Of a stretch of 64,000 bases of DNA, positions 1 through 8,458 are shown piece after piece. The notes beneath the pieces are model-generated. The model was not told where the DNA came from and made no database searches. It saw nothing but the letters and a program-made list of their open reading frames with translations. The DNA lies in the NCBI GenBank assembly GCA_017991935.1, contig JAGOPP010000001.1, forward strand, positions 16,787-80,786. The letters run 5' to 3'. The position numbers and the translations under genes were made by a program. Numbering within the stretch: position 1 is the first letter of the stretch; every line of letters begins with the position of its first letter. Origin of the DNA: Oscillospiraceae bacterium (lineage in GTDB: Bacteria; Bacillota; Clostridia; Oscillospirales; Ruminococcaceae).

Positions 1-1211
1 GCAGAACCGGCATCGTGCTGTTTGAAGATAACGCGGATATGCAGACCGCGCCGGCCTCGATCACCAAAATCATGACGCTGCTGCTGGTGATGGAAGCCAT
101 GGAGGAGGGCAAATTCGCCCTCGACACGCAGGTCGTCGCCTCGGAGCACGCCTGCTCGATGGGCGGCAGCCAGATCTGGCTGGAGCCGGGCGAGGTGATG
201 ACCGTAGACGAGCTGCTGCGCGCCTCGGCGATCGCCTCCGCGAACGACACCTCGGTCGCGCTCGCGGAGCTTGTCTCGGGCAGCGAGGAGGCGTTTGCGA
301 ACCGGATGAACGAGCGGGCCGCGGAGCTGGGCATGACGGGCACCGTGTTTAAAAACGCCACGGGCCTCGACGCGGAAGGGCATCTCTCCACCGCGCGGGA
401 CATCGCGATCATGTCGGCGGAGCTGCTCAAGCACGAGCTGATTAAAAAATACACGACCGTCTGGATGGATTCCCTGCGGGACGGCGAGACCGAGCTCACC
501 AACACGAACCGCCTCGTCCGGTTCTATAAGGGCTGCACCGGGCTCAAGACCGGCTCGACGGACGGGGCCGGATGCTGCCTCTCCGCCTCGGCGGAGCGGG
601 ACGGCATGGAGCTGATCTCGGTGACGCTCGGCTCCTCCAACAACAACGAGCGGTTCGCCGCCGCGAGAAAGCTTCTGGATTTCGGTTTCGCCAACTACGA
701 GGTGGCCTCGCCGGTCTACATCGGGGAAGCGCCGGAGGCCGTCCGGGTCCATTTCGGCACGGCGGACGCGGTCCCGATCGTCTTCGGCGAGGCGGAGCCC
801 CTGCTTCTCGCGAAAGGGGAGTCCAAGAATCTGACCCAGACCATCGAGCTCGTCGATTCGATGGAGGCGCCGGTCGCGGCGGGCGATCCGGTCGGGAAGG
901 TGACGGTGGAGCTCAACGGGGAGTATATCTCCGAATATCCGGTGCTGGCGGCCGAGGCGGTGGACCGGATGACGTTTTTTAAAGCGTTCGGGCTGCTCGT
1001 CTGCGAAGCAGTGAGCACCAAGCGCCCCTCCGCCGGGGAGGGGACGCCGGGGACGGGGCAGGAGGCTCCCTCCGGAGCATCCACGTCCGAGGCGCAGAGC
1101 GGCGCCGCCTCCGGGGAGAGCGGGAGCGTCTCGGCGCCGGGCGCCGGGAACGCCCCCTCCGGGACTTCCGAAAGCTCCTCCATGGAAAGCTCCCCCTCCG
1201 GCGCGAGCTAA
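1..1211 (+). CDS. D-alanyl-D-alanine carboxypeptidase (low-MW PBP, S11 family), 5' end cut by window edge
   Basis: The frame of ORF 15..1211 stays open to the window edge. Motifs present: SxxK (SITK), SxN (SAN) and KTG (KTGS). Ends in a low-complexity S/G/A/P/E-rich C-terminal tail. Confidence 0.9.
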   Translation, partial: RTGIVLFEDNADMQTAPASITKIMTLLLVMEAMEEGKFALDTQVVASEHACSMGGSQIWLEPGEVMTVDELLRASAIASANDTSVALAELVSGSEEAFANRMNERAAELGMTGTVFKNATGLDAEGHLSTARDIAIMSAELLKHELIKKYTTVWMDSLRDGETELTNTNRLVRFYKGCTGLKTGSTDGAGCCLSASAERDGMELISVTLGSSNNNERFAAARKLLDFGFANYEVASPVYIGEAPEAVRVHFGTADAVPIVFGEAEPLLLAKGESKNLTQTIELVDSMEAPVAAGDPVGKVTVELNGEYISEYPVLAAEAVDRMTFFKAFGLLVCEAVSTKRPSAGEGTPGTGQEAPSGASTSEAQSGAASGESGSVSAPGAGNAPSGTSESSSMESSPSGAS

Positions 1212-1424
1212 GGCGCTCAACTCGGGGAAGCAAAAACCTCTCCGCCGGGAAATCCGAACGCTTTTCCGACCGGGAGGCACCTTCGCGGGAGAACGCGGGC
1301 GCCCCCCCGTCCGGCGCGAGCTAAGGCGCTCAACTCGGGGAAACAAAAACCTCTCCGCCGGGAGATCCAAACGCTTTTCCGATCGGGAGGCACCTTCGCG
1401 GGAGAACGCGGGCGGGCTCCCCGT
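1198..1424. repeat. 113-bp tandem direct repeat, 2 copies
   Basis: Copy 1 (1198-1310) and copy 2 (1311-1424) differ at only a few positions. Copy 1 begins inside the last five codons plus stop of the PBP gene (ccggcgcgagctaa). Confidence 0.9.
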
Positions 1425-1542
1425 CCGACGCAAATTCAAGCTCCCGCGGCGCGGATGGGGGCGGCGGATAATTTTTTTGCTTCCCGCCTTGAAATGGAAA
1501 ATACTTTCGGGTACAATAAAGAAAAGAGAACCCGGGAGGAAG

Positions 1543-2883
1543 ATGTCATTGATTTCGCTTGAGTTTTCCGGACTGAGAGGCTTCTTAAATGAGACGGATT
1601 TCCGTGCGGCCGCGCCGGAGGCGGAGCTTGCCCTTGCCCGGCTGATGGGCGGGCGGGGCGCCGGCGCGGAATTCACCGGTTTTCTCGGCCTGCCGGAAAC
1701 TTATGATAGAGACGAATTCCTGCGCGTCAAAAAAGCCGCGCAAACCATCCGCGAACAGAGCGATGTCCTGATCGTCATTGGCATCGGCGGCTCCTATCTG
1801 GGAGCCAGCGCCGCCATCGAGCTGCTGACATCGCCTTTTTATAACCTTTTGAAGAAAGAGGGCCCGGAGATCTATTTCGCCGGGACGAACCTCTCGCCCG
1901 ATTCCCTGAATGAGATCCTCTCGCTCTGCGAGGGGAAGGACGTCTCCGTCAACGTGATCTCCAAATCCGGCACCACCACCGAGCCGGCGCTGGCTTTCCG
2001 GGCGCTGCGCAGGATGCTGACGGAAAAATACGGCGCAGAGGGAGCGCGAAAGCGCGTCTTCTGCACGACCGATAAGGAGAGGGGCACCTTGCGCGCCCTC
2101 GCCGACGCGGAGGGGTGGGAGACCTTCGTGGTGCCGGACGACATCGGCGGCCGGTTTTCCGTCCTGACGCCGGTGGGACTCCTGCCGATCGCCGCGGCCG
2201 GCATCGACATCGACGCGCTGATGCAGGGGGCCGCCGACGCGAAGAAGGTCTGCTGCAACCCGGCGTATGACGAAAACCCGGCCCTGCGCTACGCGGCGGC
2301 CCGGCGGCTTCTCGACCGGGCGGGCAAGTCGGTCGAGCTGCTCGTCTCTTACGAGCCCGCGTTCCGGCAGATGGCCGAGTGGTGGAAGCAGCTTTTCGGC
2401 GAGAGCGAGGGCAAGGACGGCAGGGGTATCTTCCCGGCCTCGGCGATCTTCTCGACCGACCTCCATTCGCTGGGGCAGTTCATCCAAGAGGGCAGCCGGA
2501 CGATGTTCGAGACGGTCGTCCGCTTTGAAGCGCCGCGGCGGGATTATTGGATTGAAAAGGACGCGGAGGATGCGGACGGGCTTGGATTTCTGGCCGGCCG
2601 GAGCCTCTCCTCCATCAACGAAAAGGCGCGGCAGGGCACGCTTCTCGCCCACACCGAGGGCGGCGTCCCGAATCTCTTAATCTCCGTGCCGGATCGCAGT
2701 CCCTATGAGCTCGGCGCGCTGATCTGTTTCTTCGAGATCGCCGTCTCCGTCTCCGGCTATCTGCTGGGCGTCAACCCGTTCGACCAGCCGGGCGTGGAGG
2801 CTTATAAAAAGAATATGTTCGCCCTGCTCGGCAAGCCGGGCTACGAGGACCTGCGCGCCTCTTTGGAGCAAAAGCTCCGATGA
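1543..2883 (+). CDS. pgi: glucose-6-phosphate isomerase
   Basis: PGI motifs GIGGSYLG, ISKSGTTTEP, GGRFSVL and GESEGK. ATG at 1543 is preceded by GGGAGGA; the longer ORF from 1477 has no RBS. Confidence 0.95.
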   Translation: MSLISLEFSGLRGFLNETDFRAAAPEAELALARLMGGRGAGAEFTGFLGLPETYDRDEFLRVKKAAQTIREQSDVLIVIGIGGSYLGASAAIELLTSPFYNLLKKEGPEIYFAGTNLSPDSLNEILSLCEGKDVSVNVISKSGTTTEPALAFRALRRMLTEKYGAEGARKRVFCTTDKERGTLRALADAEGWETFVVPDDIGGRFSVLTPVGLLPIAAAGIDIDALMQGAADAKKVCCNPAYDENPALRYAAARRLLDRAGKSVELLVSYEPAFRQMAEWWKQLFGESEGKDGRGIFPASAIFSTDLHSLGQFIQEGSRTMFETVVRFEAPRRDYWIEKDAEDADGLGFLAGRSLSSINEKARQGTLLAHTEGGVPNLLISVPDRSPYELGALICFFEIAVSVSGYLLGVNPFDQPGVEAYKKNMFALLGKPGYEDLRASLEQKLR

Positions 2884-2941
2884 TTTCCGGTCAAACTGCG
2901 TTCGCGCACTATGATAATACAAAGAACTGGGGGAGACAAAA

Positions 2942-3358
2942 ATGATCAAGTTCATCCTTGGGCCAAAAGGCTCCGGAAAGACCAAATTCCTGCTTGACAA
3001 CATCGCCGAAGCGGTGAAAAACAGCTCAGGCTGCGTCGTCGCCGTTGAGCGCGGCCAGACCATGTATTACGACATTGACCACAGCGTCCGCCTGATCGAC
3101 ATTGATGAATATGATATTTCCAATTACGATTCCTTCTACGGCTTCCTCGCCGGGCTGATGGCCGGCAATTACGACATCACCGATATCTTCATCGACGCCA
3201 CCTTCAAGATCGCGGGCCGCGACTACGAGGCCTTCGCCAAGATGATCGACAAATTCGTCCGCCTGACCGACGATTTCAACACGAGCGTCGTGTTCGCCCT
3301 CTCCTGCGAGCAGGCGAACCTCCCGGAGCGCATCCACAAATATATCATCGAGCGGTAA
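2942..3358 (+). CDS. small P-loop NTPase-like protein (138 aa), function unknown
   Basis: Walker A GPKGSGKT at residues 7-14 and a possible Walker B LIDIDE. GGGGGAGA RBS upstream and a hairpin terminator downstream. Confidence 0.6.
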   Translation: MIKFILGPKGSGKTKFLLDNIAEAVKNSSGCVVAVERGQTMYYDIDHSVRLIDIDEYDISNYDSFYGFLAGLMAGNYDITDIFIDATFKIAGRDYEAFAKMIDKFVRLTDDFNTSVVFALSCEQANLPERIHKYIIER

Positions 3359-3425
3359 AAACCGAAGGAAAAGCGGACGGGGGAGACCCATCCCCCGGCT
3401 TTTTCCCTGCGCGCGAAAGAAAAAA

Positions 3426-3460
3426 TCCCTGCGGGGTCTGTCCCGCAGGGAAATTTTTTT
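3426..3460 (+). terminator. rho-independent terminator
   Basis: 10-bp stem tccctgcggg/cccgcaggga followed by a T7 run. Confidence 0.8.
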
Positions 3461-3511
3461 GCCTTCCCGCATATCGTTTTTTAAATCTCTTTTGCGGGAA
3501 GGTCGGGTATT

Positions 3512-4390
3512 ATGAAAAAAATTCTGGTTGTGGGACTTGGGAACGTGGGGACGGCGGCGGCGAGGGCCATCCAAAACGCGCCGGATTTGGAGCTCTGCGG
3601 CATCGTGCGCAGAGGCGCGGCGCCGGCCGAGGCGTTCCCGGGCGTGCCGGTCGTGCGGGACGCCGCGGACTTGCCGGAGCCGCCGGACGCGGCGGTCCTC
3701 TGCCTGCCCTCGGAGCTTTCGCCCGGATACGCCGCCCGCCTTCTCTCCCTCGGCATCCCGACGGCGGACAGCTTCGACCTGCACGAGCGGATACCGGAGG
3801 TGAAGGAGGCGCTCGGGCGCGTCGCGAGGGAAAACTCCGTCGCGGCCCTGACCGCGGCCGGCTGGGACCCCGGCCTCGATTCCGTGGTGCGGGCGCTGAT
3901 GGAGGCGGCGTATCCGGGCGGCGAGACGGTCACGGATTTCGGCCCGGGGACCAGCATGGGCCACTCCGTCGCGGCGAGGGCCTGCCCCGGCGTAAAGGAC
4001 GCGCTCTGCTTCACCTTGCCGCTCGGGCAGGGGCAGCACCGCCGGGTGCTGTATGTGGTGCCGCAGGAGGGATGCTCGCCCGGCACAATCAAAGAAGCCA
4101 TCCTCAAAAATCCCTACTTTGAGCACGGCGAACTGGATATTCTGTTTGACGGGGACCTGCGGCGTTTCCGCAGGCGCGACCACCGGGTCAAGATCACCCA
4201 CACCGAAACGCTCGCGAGCGGCAGCGTGCAGACGCTGACTTACCGCATGAGCATCGAAAATCCGGCGCTCACGGGAAATATGCTCTGCTGCGCCTCGCGC
4301 GCGGTGCTCAGGCTGAGCCCCGGCTGCTACACGCTCGACGAGGTGCCGCCGCGGTTTCTGCTGCCGGAGGGCGCGGCGCCGCGGATCTAA
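3512..4390 (+). CDS. ddh: meso-diaminopimelate D-dehydrogenase
   Basis: N-terminal Rossmann motif VVGLGNVG. GWDPGLDS and GPGTSMGHS blocks align with the GWDPGMFS and GPGLSQGHS blocks of Corynebacterium Ddh (from memory). Confidence 0.8.
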   Translation: MKKILVVGLGNVGTAAARAIQNAPDLELCGIVRRGAAPAEAFPGVPVVRDAADLPEPPDAAVLCLPSELSPGYAARLLSLGIPTADSFDLHERIPEVKEALGRVARENSVAALTAAGWDPGLDSVVRALMEAAYPGGETVTDFGPGTSMGHSVAARACPGVKDALCFTLPLGQGQHRRVLYVVPQEGCSPGTIKEAILKNPYFEHGELDILFDGDLRRFRRRDHRVKITHTETLASGSVQTLTYRMSIENPALTGNMLCCASRAVLRLSPGCYTLDEVPPRFLLPEGAAPRI

Positions 4391-4587
4391 ACTCTGCGCC
4401 CGGCCCGGAGGAATTCGTCCGTCGAGACGCCGAAAAAATCCGCCATCGCGAGGACCATCTCGAGATCCGGTTCCGCGGCGCCGCGCTCGTATTTGCTGAC
4501 GGAGGTCTGAGAAATATGTAAAAGGTCCGCAAGTTCCCTCTGTGTCAGCCCGCGTTCTTTCCGAAGCCGGGAAAGCGCTGTCTTCAT
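4387..4587 (-). CDS. XRE-family helix-turn-helix transcriptional regulator
   Basis: MKTALSRLRKERGLTQRELADLLHISQTSVSKYERG is a classic HTH_3 (Cro/CI-type) sequence. Start taken at the internal Met of ORF 4387..4608. Its 3' end overlaps the ddh stop by 4 nt, convergent. Confidence 0.8.
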   Translation of the reverse strand: MKTALSRLRKERGLTQRELADLLHISQTSVSKYERGAAEPDLEMVLAMADFFGVSTDEFLRAGRRV

Positions 4588-4669
4588 GCAAAACCACCTC
4601 GGTCTCATTATAAGCCACGGAGAGAATGCTGGAAACCGGGGGTTGCAGGCAAAATCCCTGCCGGATTTT

Positions 4670-4683
4670 CCCGCGGATCCGCG
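4670..4683. promoter_or_regulatory. perfect 14-bp palindrome ccgcggatccgcgg, candidate operator
   Basis: Read directly from the sequence. Lies in the divergent region between the XRE gene and the EF-G paralogue. Confidence 0.3.
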
Positions 4684-4794
4684 GCGTCCCGGTTCCCCAT
4701 TTTTTTTTCTTGTTCTATTGCAAAAAAGGCCCCCCTTCTGTTATACTAAACCAGTATGACACACGCCATCTATCTTGAAAGGGGAGACCTTGTT

Positions 4795-6855
4795 TTGAAA
4801 CAGTATACCGCGGACAAAATCAGAAACATAGCCCTTGCCGGGCACGGCAGCGACGGGAAAACCTCCTTGACGGAAGCGATGCTCTATCTTGCCGGGACGA
4901 CCGATCGCCTTGGCTCCATCGCCGATGGGAACACCGTCTGTGACTTTGACCCGGAGGAGGCCAGACGCCAGATCTCGGTGTCCTCCGCCGTGGCTCCGCT
5001 GGAGCACAAAGGGGTCAAAGTCAACGTGATCGACACGCCCGGACTTTTTGATTTTGCCAGCGGTTTCTACGAAGGGGTCCGCGCCGCGGACACGGTCGTC
5101 ATCACCCTTTCCGCCAAATCCGGCGCGCTGGTCGGCACCGAGAAGGCTTGGAAGCTCGCGAACCAGAGCAAAAAGGCCCGCGCGTTCTTCATCTCCAAGG
5201 TCGATCAGGAGAACGCCGATTATTTCAAGGCCCTCGAAACGCTGAAGCAGACGTTCGGCGACAGCGTCTGCCCGGTCGTCGTGCCGGTAAACGGCGTCTA
5301 CGTCAACCTGATTGAGAAAAAAGCCTATACGTTCAGCAAAGGCAAGGCCGTCGAGGCCGCCATGCCCGCGGACGACCGCGTGGAGGAACTCTCCATGTCC
5401 ATCACGGAGGCGATCGCCAACACTGACGACGGCCTGATGGAGAAATTCTTCGCCGACGAGCCGTTCACCGCCGAGGAGATGCAGGCGGGTCTCAAGAAAG
5501 GGCTTCGCGACGGCGCCATCGCGCCGGTTTTCTGCGGCGACGCCATCACCTTAAACGGCGTGAGCCTCCTGCTCGACGCCGTTGTCGGATATTTCCCGTC
5601 CGCCGAGGAGGCCGCCTCCGAGACCGCCGAGGACGCGGACGGCAAGCCGGTTGCGGTCAAATGCAGCGCCGACGAGCCGCTGGCCGCGCTGGTCTTCAAG
5701 ACCGTGGCCGACCCGTTCGTCGGGAAGCTGTCCTTCGTAAAAGTGATCTCCGGCTCCATCACCCCTGCGGTCATCCCGGTCAACGCGAGGACCGGCCAGC
5801 CCGAGCGTCTGGGCAAGATGGTCTTCGTCCGCGGCAAACAGCAGGATGCGGCCGAGGCCATCACCGCCGGCGACATCGGCGCGCTGACGAAGCTCGCGGA
5901 GGCCCGCACCGGCGACACGCTGTGCGACCCGCACCGCGTCGTTTCCCTCAAAAAGAGCGAATTCCCGGCTCCGACCATGCGCATGGCCATCTTCTCCAAA
6001 TCGAAGGGCGACGAATCAAAGGTTGCTTCCTCGATCGCCCGTATCATAGAGGAAGACGCCGCCGTCAGCTATGAGATAGACACCGAGACCAAGCAGCAGA
6101 TCCTCTCCGGGCTCGGCGAGCAGCACCTCGACGTCGTGGTCAGCAAGCTGAAAAATAAATTCGGCGTCGATCTGGGGCTTGAGGCCCCGCACGTCGCCTA
6201 TCGCGAGACCATCCGCAAAAAAGTTAAGGTGCAGGGCAAGCACAAGAAGCAGTCGGGCGGCCACGGCCAGTACGGCGACGTCTGGGTCGAGTTCGAGCCG
6301 ACCGACAGCGAGGATATGGTCTTCGAGGAGGCCGTCTTCGGCGGCTCCGTGCCGAGAAACTTCTTCCCGGCGGTCGAAAAAGGCCTGCGCGAGGCCTGCA
6401 AGGTCGGCATGCTGGCCGGATATCCGATGGTCGGCGTGCTGGCCCGTCTGGTCGACGGCTCCTATCACCCGGTCGATTCCAACGATATGTCCTTCCAGAT
6501 GGCCGCCCGCCTCGCCTATAAGGCCGGCATCCCGCAGGCCGGCCCGGTCCTGCTTGAGCCGGTCGGCGAGCTCAAGGTGCTGGTCCCGAGCTCCAACGCC
6601 GGAGACATCATGGGCGATCTCAACAAGCGCCGCGGCAGGGTGCTCGGCATGAACCCCTGCGAGGACAACACGACCGAGGTCGTCGCCGAGGTCCCGATGA
6701 GCGAGACGGCCGATCTCACCACCGCGCTGCGCTCGATGACGCAGGGCAGGGGCTCTTTCACGCTTCACTTCATCCGCTACGACGAGCTGCCCAAGATGCT
6801 CGAGGCGAGCGTGATCGAGGCCGCCAAACAGTGGATGGCCGCGGAGGAGGACTGA
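4795..6855 (+). CDS. elongation factor G family GTPase (paralogue)
   Basis: G1 GHGSDGKT, G3 DTPG, and EF-G domains II-V recognisable to the C-terminus. TTG at 4795 sits 7 nt after GGGGAGA. An ATG at 4756 is an alternative start. Confidence 0.9.
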   Translation: MKQYTADKIRNIALAGHGSDGKTSLTEAMLYLAGTTDRLGSIADGNTVCDFDPEEARRQISVSSAVAPLEHKGVKVNVIDTPGLFDFASGFYEGVRAADTVVITLSAKSGALVGTEKAWKLANQSKKARAFFISKVDQENADYFKALETLKQTFGDSVCPVVVPVNGVYVNLIEKKAYTFSKGKAVEAAMPADDRVEELSMSITEAIANTDDGLMEKFFADEPFTAEEMQAGLKKGLRDGAIAPVFCGDAITLNGVSLLLDAVVGYFPSAEEAASETAEDADGKPVAVKCSADEPLAALVFKTVADPFVGKLSFVKVISGSITPAVIPVNARTGQPERLGKMVFVRGKQQDAAEAITAGDIGALTKLAEARTGDTLCDPHRVVSLKKSEFPAPTMRMAIFSKSKGDESKVASSIARIIEEDAAVSYEIDTETKQQILSGLGEQHLDVVVSKLKNKFGVDLGLEAPHVAYRETIRKKVKVQGKHKKQSGGHGQYGDVWVEFEPTDSEDMVFEEAVFGGSVPRNFFPAVEKGLREACKVGMLAGYPMVGVLARLVDGSYHPVDSNDMSFQMAARLAYKAGIPQAGPVLLEPVGELKVLVPSSNAGDIMGDLNKRRGRVLGMNPCEDNTTEVVAEVPMSETADLTTALRSMTQGRGSFTLHFIRYDELPKMLEASVIEAAKQWMAAEED

Positions 6856-6906
6856 GCGTTTTATCCCCGGCCTGACGTTTTCTCCAAAAACCTGCAAGAT
6901 CAAAGC

Positions 6907-6941
6907 GATCCCGTCATAGACTTATGACGGGATTTTTTTTT
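6907..6941 (+). terminator. rho-independent terminator
   Basis: Stem atcccgtcata/tatgacgggat followed by a T9 run. Confidence 0.85.
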
Positions 6942-6963
6942 GTGAAAGGCGGGGGATTCCTTT

Positions 6964-7566
6964 ATGTTGGCGGCTTCAATCCACGCGACCAGAAAAAAGG
7001 TGGTCGGCGTACTCTGCGTGATTTTTGCCCTATTGATCGCGGCGATCCTGTTTTTCTTCGGTCCGGAGAGACGGGAGGGCGACGTGCAGCTCCTGACGGA
7101 GGAGGACCGACAGGCTTACATGGCGTCTTTCGGCTGGGAGACGGAGCCGGAGCCCTCCGAGGTAAAAGCCATCGTCGTCCCGTCGGAGGACGACGCCCTG
7201 ATGCAGAAATATAACGAGATCCAGCTCGGGCAGGGCCTCGATTTTACGGATTACTGCGGGCAGGAGGCGATCCGCTATACCTACGCGGTCACCAACGCGG
7301 ACGACGACGGCACGCGCATCTGCCTCTACGTTTGCGACGGCATGCTGGCCGCGGCGGACATCGCCTCGCTGGAGGAGGGCTGGCAGTACGGCATCTCCGG
7401 CGGGGCGGAGGCGGTCGCCTCCAGCCGGACGGAGCCCGGCGCTTCGGCTCCCATGGAATCCGGGGCCTCGGCTCCCACGGAATCCGGCGCCTCGTCGGGC
7501 TCCGGAACCTGTAATCCGCAGTGCGCCTGCAGCTGCTGCTGCCCGGGGTGCGTCTGCGGCGCCTGA
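6964..7566 (+). CDS. DUF4830-domain membrane-anchored protein with Cys-rich C-terminal tail
   Basis: N-terminal TM helix. FGWETEPEPSEV...YNEIQLGQGLDF...IRYTYAVTN matches the DUF4830 pattern (from memory). Tail is GASAPxES repeats followed by CNPQCACSCCCPGCVCGA. Confidence 0.75.
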   Translation: MLAASIHATRKKVVGVLCVIFALLIAAILFFFGPERREGDVQLLTEEDRQAYMASFGWETEPEPSEVKAIVVPSEDDALMQKYNEIQLGQGLDFTDYCGQEAIRYTYAVTNADDDGTRICLYVCDGMLAAADIASLEEGWQYGISGGAEAVASSRTEPGASAPMESGASAPTESGASSGSGTCNPQCACSCCCPGCVCGA

Positions 7567-7630
7567 GCGGAGGCTTGCGTTTTCCGGCGCGCCGTGCTAT
7601 GATTTCCTTTGTTATAAGGGGGGACGGGGC

Positions 7631-8062
7631 ATGACTTTCCGGGAAATGAGAGAGAGCGACCTTGCGGAGCTGGGGAGGCTCTACGCCGGCGCGTTCAACG
7701 CCGCGCCGTGGTTTGACAAATGGACGGAGGAGACCGCCGCCCGCCGCCTTTCGGATCTTTTGCATACGCCCGGCGCGTTCGGGCTGATCGCGGAGGAGGA
7801 CGGCGCGCCGGTCGGCATGGCGGCCGGCTGCGCGGAGCAGTATTTCGACGGCGTCGTGTTTCAGCTCAAGGAGCTCTGCGTCCGCGAGGACCTGCGCCGC
7901 CGGGGGATCGGCACCGCGCTGATGGAGGAATATGAAAAGCGCCTGCGCGCCATGGGGATCCGCAGCGCCCTGCTGTTTACCTCCGAGGAGGACCTTCCCT
8001 TTTACCGCGGGCGGGGCTACGCCCAAGTCGACGGCATGATCCTGCTCAATAAAGAGCTATGA
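7631..8062 (+). CDS. GNAT family N-acetyltransferase
   Basis: Acetyl-CoA-binding motif A, LRRRGIGTAL, and a typical ~140-aa GNAT length. Confidence 0.8.
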   Translation: MTFREMRESDLAELGRLYAGAFNAAPWFDKWTEETAARRLSDLLHTPGAFGLIAEEDGAPVGMAAGCAEQYFDGVVFQLKELCVREDLRRRGIGTALMEEYEKRLRAMGIRSALLFTSEEDLPFYRGRGYAQVDGMILLNKEL

Positions 8063-8086
8063 CGGCATAACATCCGTAAAAAAACG

Positions 8087-8115
8087 CCTCCCGGACCCTG
8101 TCCGGGAGGTTTTTT
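8087..8115 (+). terminator. rho-independent terminator
   Basis: Stem cctcccgga/tccgggagg followed by a T6 run. Confidence 0.8.
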
Positions 8116-8240
8116 ATCGGCCGGGGAAAATGAGGCGGCGGGCCCGTGGCCCAGTTTTTAAGGCTCTCTTTTGGGGGCCTTTTTTCGTCCAAAAAACTGC
8201 GGGGAAATGGATTCTTTCCGGCGCAAGGCGTATGCCGAGA

Positions 8241-8436
8241 GCGGCCCCATGCGCGGGTGCGGGGGCGGAGAATGACCCGACGTGGGCGAGGCCCTAAGTA
8301 AGCGGCTCCATACGCAGGTGCGGGGGCGGAGAATGTCCCGACGTGGGCGCAGCTTTAAATAAGCGGCCCCATGCGCAGGTGCGGGGGCGGAGAATGACCC
8401 GACGTGGGCGAGGCTTTAAACAAGCGGCCCCATGCT
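8241..8436. repeat. 61-bp tandem repeat, about 3.2 copies
   Basis: gcggc(c/t)ccat recurs at 8241, 8302, 8363 and 8424. Units are near-identical and G-rich on the + strand. Lies between convergent genes. Confidence 0.9.
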
Positions 8437-8458
8437 GGGCACTCAGGCGCTCATGCCC

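Noticed and set aside
3026-4618. 530-aa minus-strand ORF spanning the P-loop gene, ddh and the XRE gene
   Set aside because: It is Arg/Pro/Gly/Ala-rich and antisense to genes with clear family motifs. This is a typical high-GC shadow ORF.
8241-8436. Possible CRISPR array
   Set aside because: The whole 61-bp unit is repeated head-to-tail with no unique spacers, and no cas genes are nearby. It is a plain tandem repeat.
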